Program-made: the position numbers and the translations under genes
In this document: positions 12,302-20,151 of the stretch, in pieces
How positions within the stretch are numbered: the first letter of the stretch is position 1
Layout of the letters: every line of letters begins with the position of its first letter
The notes under the pieces: generated by a model
Databases searched by the model: none
What the model was told of the DNA's origin: nothing
Seen by the model: only the letters and a program-made list of their open reading frames with translations
Assembly: GCA_963783365.1 (NCBI GenBank)
Contig: CAWANI010000009.1
Location: forward strand, 418,406-482,405
Source: an uncultured delta proteobacterium
Lineage (GTDB): Bacteria; Desulfobacterota; Desulfuromonadia; Desulfuromonadales; CAWANI01
Reading direction: 5' to 3'
Length of the DNA: 64,000 nucleotides

Positions 12302-13421
12302 TTATAACCTCATTGGCATGACGACCGCCAGATAATCTTGATCGTCGGGAGGAATCGAGCAGGCCGGGAGAGAGGTTGTCCTTGAGCATCAAACTGATCT
12401 GATCGGTCTGCTGGTTCTGGAGAATATCCAACAGATAACGAGCGTTGAAGCCGATGGAAATCTCCGGACCTTCATAAACGATATCCAGTTCTTCTCTCGC
12501 GTCGCCGAATTCGGGATTTGAAGAAGAAATTTCCATCGTCCCGGCACGGAGAAGAAGTTTTACACCTCGCGATTTTTCATTGGAAAGAATAGACATGCGG
12601 CGTAATGCGTGAAGAAACGGCTCACGCTCGATAGTCGATTTGAATTCGTTGTTTTTTGGAATGACCCGATCGTAATCGGGAAAATCACCGTCGACAAGGC
12701 GCATAACGACAATGGTTTGATCTTTTTTTATAACCGCACTATTTTCGAGAAATCCTATGGAAATATCGGTTTCCCCTTCCTCGGTCATTTTTTTTAATTC
12801 CTGGATTCCTTTTCTGGGAAAAATAACCCCTTTGCGAAGTTCATCTATGTGGGAAATATTCGATTCTCTTTGAATAAGGGAGAGCCGGTGTCCATCGGTA
12901 GCTACCAAACGGAGAAGAAGTTTCTCCTTTTGTTCTAAACTCTGAAAATAGATGCCGTTTAAATTATATTTACTTTCATCCGTAGAAACGGAAAAGGCGG
13001 TTTTGTCGATCATTTCCTTAAGGAGTATGCTTTTTAAAGAAAAAAAGTTACTTTTTTCCGGCAAAGGAAAGTGTGGAAATTCCTCTGCTGAGAGACCGAC
13101 AATGTTAAATAGGGCTTTTCCGCAACGAATTTCAATCCAAGAATTTTGTTTGGTTTGGAAGGCAATTTCCTTTTCTGGAAGTTCGCGGATGATTTCGAAT
13201 ATTTTTTTCGCGGAAACGGTAATTTTTCCAGCAATTTTTACTTCTGCCGGAAATGAGGCCCGCATACCGACTTCAAGGTCCGTGGCCGTCAGGTGAATTT
13301 GGCCATCTTCGGCATCGATGAGAACGTTGGAGAGAATGGGGATGGTGTTCCGTTTTTCCACGATGTTCTGAATGCGAGACAGTCCTTTTTGAAAAACCTC
13401 TTTTTCGATCCTGAAGTCCAT
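12302..13421 (-). CDS. dnaN: DNA polymerase III beta sliding clamp; reading frame broken by one base near the 3' end as sequenced
   Basis: ORF 12255..13421 is beta-clamp-like throughout, but its last ~35 codons are off-frame. Removing one C from the CCC run at about 12348-12350 restores the canonical C-terminus DDQDYLAVVMPMRL with TAA at 12302-12304. Confidence 0.9.
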
Positions 13422-13587
13422 TGGGGCCTCCCATGCACAGGGTACTGTTTCTATGGTTTTGTTTTAAGGTCTTTAGCAGATAGTAGTAAGGGCTGTTGAT
13501 TTGTTGATTCGGGATGTAAGTCCCTGATTTTAAATTAAATATTATGTTGATGGGGCTGTGTTTTATATGTTGACAAAAGGATGTTCG

Positions 13588-13621
13588 CGTGGATAAAAAA
13601 GGCGAGGCTTTTTTATCCACA
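13588..13621. promoter_or_regulatory. Inverted pair of DnaA boxes in the dnaA-dnaN intergenic region
   Basis: CGTGGATAA (13588-13596; reverse complement TTATCCACG, 8/9) and TTATCCACA (13613-13621, 9/9). They form 13-nt inverted arms GTGGATAAAAAAG / CTTTTTTATCCAC, with AT-rich DNA to the left (13520-13570). Confidence 0.65.
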
Positions 13622-13711
13622 GGGTGATCCCCCTATTGATGCACAGCGGAGGAATGGCTTTCCGATAATGGATGACTTATTTTTAATTCATTTCCATTTA
13701 TCTCATAAAAA

Positions 13712-15066
13712 TTATTGAAAAATCATATTTTTTATCAGATTGAGAGTGGCGCGTAGCTGAAAATCCGCTTCCAGATTTTTTTCGATTTTCTTAATGGCAT
13801 GAATGATTGTCGAATGGTCCTTGCCGCCAAAACGATCCCCTATTTCCGGGTAAGAGGAAGAGGTCAGCTGGCGGGAAAGATACATCGCTATCTGGCGGGG
13901 AAGAACCAGTGCCTTAAACGTTTTGCCGATTTAAGATCGGAAATTTTAATGTTGAAATGAAGAGATACGGCTTTTTGAATTTCCTCGACCGTCAGTTCTC
14001 TATTTTTTTCTACCAAAATGTCCTTTAGGACCTCACGGGCCATAGCGAGTGAGACCGGGGTGGACGTCAGACTGGCGTAGGCGCCGATGCGGACTAGAAA
14101 TCCCTCTAATTCGCGGACGTTGCTGCTGACAGAATTGGCCAGGAAGAGGGCCACTTCCTCCGGAAGGTCGATATTATTTTGTTCGGCCTTCATTTTGAGG
14201 ATGGCCTGTTTGGTTTCCACATCCGGGGCCTGAATATCGGCGATCAGTCCCCATTCAAAACGGGACCTCAATCTTTCCTCTAGGCCGGGGATCTCTTTTG
14301 GAAATTTGTCGGATGTCACGACGATTTGTTTGTGAGATTCGTAAAGGGCATTGAATGTGTGGAAAAATTCCTCCTGGGTCCGCTCCTTGCCGGCAATGAA
14401 CTGAACATCGTCGATGAGAAGTATATCCATGGACCTGAATTTATTGCGAAAATCATCCATCTTTGCGTAGCGCAACGAATTGATCAGTTCGTTCATAAAT
14501 TTTTCGGACGTATAGTAGCAGATGCGCATCTCCGGGGATTTATGAAAAATGGCATTGCCGATAGCATTGACCAAATGGGTTTTCCCCAGGCCAACTCCGC
14601 CGTAAATAAACAAAGGGTTATACGTTGTCGCGGGATTCGTTGCAACTGCCATGGCAGCGGCGTAAGCAAACTGATTAGAAGATCCCGAAACGAATTCTTC
14701 AAATGTATATTTGCCGATGAGGTTACCGCTGTTCCAGTCCCTCGGGGGTAGAGTTTTGGTCCGTTCCACCGCCGGAACACGGGGAGGGGGGTCTGGAGGT
14801 GCGGTTGTTTCGACCTTCTCCTGCGAGCGAGGGGCGACCTTCAGCTGAATGCGATAGTCTATCGCGCCGACCCGGGAAAGGGTCGACCGGATGATCTGCT
14901 CGTAGTGTTCCCTGACCCAATCCAGAACGAAGCGGTTCGGAACTTCTAATTTGACCAGGTCTTTTTCCACACCGAGAAACCGGATCGGTTTTATCCAGGT
15001 GTTGAAATGTTGGGGATTTAGTCCCTCTTCAATCAAAGCGAGGGTCTCTTGCCACAGTCTGTGCAT
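13712..15066 (-). CDS. dnaA: Chromosomal replication initiator DnaA; reading frame broken by one base in domain IV as sequenced
   Basis: ORF 13888..15066 has Walker [11 protein letters not shown] and stops at TAG 13888. Adding one base near 13914-13918 restores [45 protein letters not shown]...NMIFQ, ending at TAA 13712-13714. Confidence 0.92.
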
Positions 15067-15102
15067 GAAAATGTTTGCCTGATTTCTTTGGTAAATATTT
15101 AA

Positions 15103-15134
15103 ATATCCACAGACTTATTCACAGTTGTGGATAG
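15103..15134. promoter_or_regulatory. Three DnaA boxes directly upstream of dnaA (oriC / dnaA autoregulation candidate)
   Basis: ATATCCACA (15103-15111), TTATTCACA (15115-15123) and TGTGGATAG (15126-15134; reverse complement CTATCCACA), each 8/9. They sit in the divergent dnaA/rpmH intergenic region where gene orientation switches. Confidence 0.65.
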
Positions 15135-15289
15135 AGGAAATTGACCATTAAAAATGGGACGTTTTCCGCATCGGAAAGCTGAAAAAAAAAGACATTCAAA
15201 GCTAACAAAGGTCCCGGTCGTTTGCAAGGACTATTTGCGTTCGGTTCCCGCGCGGAAGGGACGTTCGAGGAGGAAATAACGTTTCGCTC

Positions 15290-15318
15290 TTGACAGAATT
15301 ATGGATATGTGGTTAATA
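15290..15318 (+). promoter_or_regulatory. Candidate sigma70 promoter of rpmH-rnpA
   Basis: TTGACA (15290-15295), 17-nt spacer, then TTAATA (15313-15318) preceded by TGG. It lies 48 nt upstream of the rpmH ATG. Confidence 0.4.
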
Positions 15319-15365
15319 GTAAATTTTGTCAAAGAATCGAACCAAAGATAGGGAGCTTTAGGAAA

Positions 15366-15515
15366 ATGAAACGGACCTACCAACCGAGTCGAATTCGTCG
15401 GAAAAGAACCCATGGGTTCCGGAAGCGGATGCAAACAAAAAATGGCCAAAGTGTAATCAAGAAACGGAGAGCGCGGGGACGCAAGACCCTGGCTGCTACG
15501 ATACCGTCCAAATAA
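15366..15515 (+). CDS. rpmH: 50S ribosomal protein L34
   Basis: [22 protein letters not shown]... inside ORF 15309..15515. ATG at 15366. Confidence 0.95.
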   Translation: MKRTYQPSRIRRKRTHGFRKRMQTKNGQSVIKKRRARGRKTLAATIPSK

Positions 15516-15516
15516 C

Positions 15517-15870
15517 GTGCCTCCCGTCGATTGCGCAGGCAGAGGCGTTTTTCCACCTGAAAGGCGTCTCCGCCGGCGCGAAGAGTTTCAGAGAGTCTGG
15601 CAAAGAGGTGATAAACGGCATTCGCGGTATTTTATTACTGCCGTTGTTGAAAAGACCGAAGGCCCCTCCCGCCTTGGTGTAACAGTTAGCCGAAAGGTTG
15701 GTGGGGCCGTTGAACGCAATCGGGTCAAGAGAATACTTCGTGAGTTTTTTCGCACGCATCAGGATCAATTGGCTGGGTTTGTGGATCTTTCCGTCGTTGC
15801 GAAAAGAGGGGCAGCGGGTCTCAGCTCTGAGGAAATAGGGAGAGAACTCCTTAATTTGCTTCAATTATGA
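15517..15870 (+). CDS. rnpA: Ribonuclease P protein component
   Basis: GTG start 1 nt after the rpmH stop. RNase P protein motif GVTVSRKVGGAVERNRVKRILRE. Confidence 0.9.
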   Translation: MPPVDCAGRGVFPPERRLRRREEFQRVWQRGDKRHSRYFITAVVEKTEGPSRLGVTVSRKVGGAVERNRVKRILREFFRTHQDQLAGFVDLSVVAKRGAAGLSSEEIGRELLNLLQL

Positions 15871-16035
15871 TGGGGAAAATCTTCGGTTCTTATCCTCCTC
15901 TGCTGAAGCGGCGGCAACCAACCTCTCGATTCCCTCTTTCCCTGTGACTCCCTGGACAAGTAGGATATCTGTTTTTATTTGTTTTTCCATCAGTTGTTGT
16001 CCACTAACACCGGGGTCTCGCAATCCGAGAAATAG

Positions 16036-16248
16036 ATGGTCAGAAGAGTCGTTCTTGGACTGATACATTTTTATCAGCGATTCCTTTCCCCCCTCAAGGC
16101 GCCTTCCTGCCGATTTTATCCTTCCTGTTCCTCCTATGCCTGCCAGGCCGTAGAAAAGTATGGTGTATTAAAAGGCGGCATTATGAGTATTGGACGGGTT
16201 CTTCGGTGTCACCCTTTTCATCCTGGAGGGTATGACCCGGTAAAATAA
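16036..16248 (+). CDS. yidD: Membrane protein insertion efficiency factor YidD
   Basis: [43 protein letters not shown]. Confidence 0.9.
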   Translation: MVRRVVLGLIHFYQRFLSPLKAPSCRFYPSCSSYACQAVEKYGVLKGGIMSIGRVLRCHPFHPGGYDPVK

Positions 16249-16288
16249 TCGGCGAGTCTCCCCTTCCCATGTTCCGGAGCCCAAAAGA

Positions 16289-17923
16289 ATGGAAAACAGA
16301 AATCTGATCATAGCCCTCGTCCTGATGCTTGTCGTCTGGGTGGCCTTTACCGTTTTCTTTCCGACCCCTCAAAAGGGACAGGGACCGCCGGTAACCCAAA
16401 AGAGCACCGAGTCCCAGCTTGCGCTGCAACCGAAAAATAAGACCGAAGTAAAAGCAAAAGCGGTTGTGGCCCAACCGCTAAGCGGCCAATCGATGACTCC
16501 AATCGTGGCGGCGCGCGGCGAGCGTGACCTGACCATCGATACGGATCTCTTTCGGGCTGTTTTCACCAACGCCGGGGCGCGCCTTAAAAGTTTAAAACTA
16601 AAAAAATACTTCGTTTCGACCTCTCCGGGTGCGGCAAAGGTTTCGCTGGTCGATGTCAAAGATGCCCGGCTGGCCAGCTTGCGTACCAGTGGCAGCGATG
16701 GTTTGAAACTGCCCGCCGATGCCCTGTTCAGCATCTCGATCAAGGATAATTCAATCCGGCTGCAGGGGAATGAATCGCGAGATATCGTTTTTTCCTATAA
16801 GAATAATAACGGCCTGGTTCTGCAGAAAATCTATACTTTATACGGGGATAGCTATAAATTCGGTCTAAAACTGCGCTTGGTTCAAGAGGGCGTTACACCC
16901 GTCAGTGGGAGGGTGGACCTCTCCCTGGTGCATCCATGGAATGAATCGATGGAAGGGGGACGCTATTCCTTTGTCGGTCCGGTGTCCCTGGTAGGCGAGA
17001 AGGTAAAGACTGAAAAAGTTAAAGACCTCAAGGACAAACCGATCACCTATCAGAGCGACCTGGTTTGGACGGCCTTTGAAAATAAGTTTTTCATTGGTGC
17101 CGTGGTTCCGCTTAAAAATGCCGCGACCCAGGTCCATATTCAGAATCCGGATGGAATCGTCGAAAATACCCTGCAAAGTCCCCCTTTGACTCTCGATCAG
17201 GGACAGGCGGTAACCTTGGATTACCTGCTTTACTTTGGGCCCAGGGATCTGGATATTCTTAAAAAGGTCGATCATCAACTTAATAAGGCGATCGATTTCG
17301 GCTTCTTCGGGCCGATTGCCCGTCCACTGCTCAGCTTTCTAAAATTCTTCTACCGTTACGTGGGGAATTACGGTGTCGCCATTATTCTGCTCACCGTGAT
17401 TATCAAACTACTTTTCTGGCCCCTGACGCAAAAGAGCTATACGTCCATGAAGGCGATGCAGACCCTTCAACCACAAATGCAGAAAATACGCGAAAAACAC
17501 AAAAACGACAAGGAACGTCTCAACAAAGAAATTATGGAACTCTATAAGAAAAACCGGGTCAATCCTCTGGGCGGATGTCTGCCCATGATTATTCAGATCC
17601 CCGTGTTTTTTGCCCTTTACGAAGTCCTGCTGAGATCGATTGCTCTGCGACAGGCACCGTTTATTTTTTGGCTGACCGATCTTTCGAGCAAAGACCCCTA
17701 CTATATAACGCCCATTATTATGGGGGTCACCATGTTTATTCAACAGAAGATGAGTCCAACCACGATGGATCCCACCCAGGCGAAATTGTTTCTGGCAATG
17801 CCCATCGTATTTACTTTTCTCTTTCTGAATTTTCCTTCGGGTCTCGTCGTGTACTGGCTTGTCAATAACCTGTTGACCATCCTGCAGCAGTATTTTATTA
17901 ATCGAAAACCCCAAGTCGCCTGA
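16289..17923 (+). CDS. yidC: Membrane protein insertase YidC
   Basis: 544-aa ORF. N-terminal TM helix plus periplasmic domain. Conserved C-terminal core LYKKNRVNPLGGCLPMIIQIPVFFALY. Confidence 0.95.
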   Translation: MENRNLIIALVLMLVVWVAFTVFFPTPQKGQGPPVTQKSTESQLALQPKNKTEVKAKAVVAQPLSGQSMTPIVAARGERDLTIDTDLFRAVFTNAGARLKSLKLKKYFVSTSPGAAKVSLVDVKDARLASLRTSGSDGLKLPADALFSISIKDNSIRLQGNESRDIVFSYKNNNGLVLQKIYTLYGDSYKFGLKLRLVQEGVTPVSGRVDLSLVHPWNESMEGGRYSFVGPVSLVGEKVKTEKVKDLKDKPITYQSDLVWTAFENKFFIGAVVPLKNAATQVHIQNPDGIVENTLQSPPLTLDQGQAVTLDYLLYFGPRDLDILKKVDHQLNKAIDFGFFGPIARPLLSFLKFFYRYVGNYGVAIILLTVIIKLLFWPLTQKSYTSMKAMQTLQPQMQKIREKHKNDKERLNKEIMELYKKNRVNPLGGCLPMIIQIPVFFALYEVLLRSIALRQAPFIFWLTDLSSKDPYYITPIIMGVTMFIQQKMSPTTMDPTQAKLFLAMPIVFTFLFLNFPSGLVVYWLVNNLLTILQQYFINRKPQVA

Positions 17924-17934
17924 ATTTTGTTGGG

Positions 17935-18570
17935 ATGATTAGCGATTTTTTTCACCTTGAATTGTCTGCTAAATCTTTGGAGAAAGCGGTCGCCCTAGCA
18001 CTGGAAAAGTGGAAATGCACCCGGGCTGAAATAGATCTGGAGATTGTGGAGGCTCCCCGCCGTGGGTTTCTGGGCCTCTTCGGAGCGCGGCCGGCACGGG
18101 TGGTCTTCCGCCTGATCGATCGTGGTACCCTGGCCGCCAGGATCACCGAGCATCTGCTTGCCTTGTGCGGGTTGGATGCCGAGGTGGAAGTTGAGCCCGG
18201 ATCCTCACGGATAGACCTGGCCGTTAAAAGTGCTGAGCCGAGTCAGGTCATCGGCGCGGGGGGACAGAACCTTGAGGCGCTGCAAAGCCTGGTTATTTCG
18301 CTGACCGATCGTTATGCCCCGGGTGATCGCATTCCCATCGTTGTCGATGCGGATAATTATCGTGGTCGCCGGCGGCGGGAGATGGAACGCCTGGCTCGAA
18401 AACTTTGCCGGAAGGTGCGCCTGGGCGGAGAAACTGTGACGTTACCGCTTGGGTCCCGGGAGGACAGCCGCAATTTTCAATTGGCATTGAAGGATGAAAT
18501 CGGCATCGAATTTCGGGCTTCTGGTCGCGGGAAAGAAAGGAAGCTCGTAATCTTCCCCAAAAAGGGCTAA
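17935..18570 (+). CDS. jag: Jag/KhpB-type RNA-binding protein (Jag_N, KH, R3H)
   Basis: Position after yidC. KH-like VIGAGGQNLEALQ and a C-terminal R3H-like segment. Confidence 0.8.
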   Translation: MISDFFHLELSAKSLEKAVALALEKWKCTRAEIDLEIVEAPRRGFLGLFGARPARVVFRLIDRGTLAARITEHLLALCGLDAEVEVEPGSSRIDLAVKSAEPSQVIGAGGQNLEALQSLVISLTDRYAPGDRIPIVVDADNYRGRRRREMERLARKLCRKVRLGGETVTLPLGSREDSRNFQLALKDEIGIEFRASGRGKERKLVIFPKKG

Positions 18571-18573
18571 GTC

Positions 18574-19944
18574 TTGGCAGCAACTACCGATACCATTGTG
18601 GCTCCGGCCACCCCGATTGGCGACGGAGGGGTCGGCATTATCAGACTCTCCGGCGCAGAGGCCCAAAACCTTTTGGGAAAGGTATTTCACCCGGCATCCG
18701 CCGAACATCCTCTCGAAACCCACCGGCTTTACTACGGAAGAATCCTGAACTCATCCGGGGAACACCTGGACGAAGTCATGGCCGTTCTCATGCGTGGACC
18801 GCGTTCCTACACGCGTGAAGATGTGGTTGAAATCCATTGTCATGGCGGCAGAGTGGTCATGGGGCGGATCCTCGACCATCTCCTTGAGCTGGGGGCTCGA
18901 TTGGCCCACCCCGGGGAATTTACCCTTCGCGCATTTCTTAACGGCCGGATCGATCTGGCGCAGGCAGAGGCCGTTATCGATCTTATCCACTCCCGCAGTC
19001 AAGCAGCCGGCAACGTGGCCCTCGGGCAGCTCGAAGGGAGACTTTCGGGCGAAATACATCGATTACGCGAGTCTCTGGCTGATCTGCTGGCGCTGGTCGA
19101 AGCGCACATCGACTTTCCCGAAGAGGAGATCGGTGGCGAGGACTACAGACGCCTTCGGTTGCACGCCGGCGAGGTTTTACAGAAAATTCAGGTTCTCCTC
19201 GCTACCTTCGAAACAGGTCGCCTTCTTCGAGAAGGGCTCTCCGTTTTGATTCTCGGACAACCCAACGTCGGCAAAAGTTCGCTTTTGAATGCGCTTCTTG
19301 GCGAGGGAAGGGCCATCGTAACGGAAGAGGCCGGTACTACCCGGGATATTCTCGAAGAGAATCTTGTTCTGGGTGGCTTTCCTCTTCGCCTGGTCGATAC
19401 GGCCGGAATTCGGGTGGCGGAGAATGCCATTGAGAGGGAAGGAGTGCGGCGGGCAAAGGCCAAAGCCGCGGCCGCTGATCTGGTGCTCCTCGTTGTGGAT
19501 GGGGCGCGGCCACTTTCCGATGGCGATCTTCTGGCACTCGAGGCCTGTGAGGATAAAAATATTTTGTTGGTGATCAATAAATGTGATTTAGGCACCCTCC
19601 CCCTACCGAATCCCTTTGCCGAGCTTCAACAGATTCGCATCTCCGCTCAAAAAGGGATTGGTCTGGATGAGCTCAAAGATGCGTTGGTGAACCTTTTCTC
19701 CGGTGGCGGCGGGCTGGAGTCCCGGGAGTCGGTCCTTCTCTCCGATCGGCGGCATCGGGAGGCCCTTCTTCGCTCACGGATGGCCCTTCAGGGGTTCTTC
19801 GGAGCCCTTGAGGAGGATCAGTCTTTCGAATTTTTGGCTTTCGAACTACGGGAAGCCCTTGACGCCCTGGGGGAAATTACCGGAGAAACGGCTCCGGACG
19901 AGATACTGAACCGGATCTTCTCCCGCTTTTGCATCGGCAAATGA
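18574..19944 (+). CDS. mnmE: tRNA modification GTPase MnmE
   Basis: TTG start. DTIVAPATP N-terminus, G1 GQPNVGKSSLLN, C-terminal FCIGK. Confidence 0.95.
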   Translation: MAATTDTIVAPATPIGDGGVGIIRLSGAEAQNLLGKVFHPASAEHPLETHRLYYGRILNSSGEHLDEVMAVLMRGPRSYTREDVVEIHCHGGRVVMGRILDHLLELGARLAHPGEFTLRAFLNGRIDLAQAEAVIDLIHSRSQAAGNVALGQLEGRLSGEIHRLRESLADLLALVEAHIDFPEEEIGGEDYRRLRLHAGEVLQKIQVLLATFETGRLLREGLSVLILGQPNVGKSSLLNALLGEGRAIVTEEAGTTRDILEENLVLGGFPLRLVDTAGIRVAENAIEREGVRRAKAKAAAADLVLLVVDGARPLSDGDLLALEACEDKNILLVINKCDLGTLPLPNPFAELQQIRISAQKGIGLDELKDALVNLFSGGGGLESRESVLLSDRRHREALLRSRMALQGFFGALEEDQSFEFLAFELREALDALGEITGETAPDEILNRIFSRFCIGK

Positions 19945-20054
19945 TCGGTGCCGACGAGATGGCGAGGTTCTTTTTGAATTTGAAGCTTGTTGTCAGGCAA
20001 GCAATGAGAGATTCGGCTCCTCCCGCTGGGTGGTCGGCGGCGTTAAGGGTGGAA

Positions 20055-20070
20055 TGTTTCACGTGAAACA
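20055..20070. promoter_or_regulatory. parS centromere-like site
   Basis: TGTTTCACGTGAAACA, a perfect 16-bp palindrome matching the ParB/Spo0J parS consensus. It lies in the mnmE-mnmG intergenic region, 2.7 kb upstream of parAB. Confidence 0.85.
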
Positions 20071-20151
20071 TCTTTGGTAAGGGGTTGAAAGGCAACATGT
20101 TTTGAGGCCTATCCACGCTTTGTGGATGTGGGCCCGGGGTAGGTACGGACA

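Noticed and set aside
12340-13925. Programmed ribosomal frameshifting in dnaN or dnaA.
   Set aside because: There is no slippery heptamer plus stimulatory structure at either site. Both genes are normally single-frame, and the same kind of single-base break occurs in unrelated genes. Sequencing error is the parsimonious reading.
15865-16068. 67-aa minus-strand ORF in the rnpA-yidD gap, plus small ORFs 13273..13620, 15231..15449, 24918..25205, 40804..41019, 41286..41606 and 63674..63892.
   Set aside because: They sit in intergenic or regulatory DNA or overlap real gene starts. They lack an RBS and recognisable motifs, and their composition looks non-coding.
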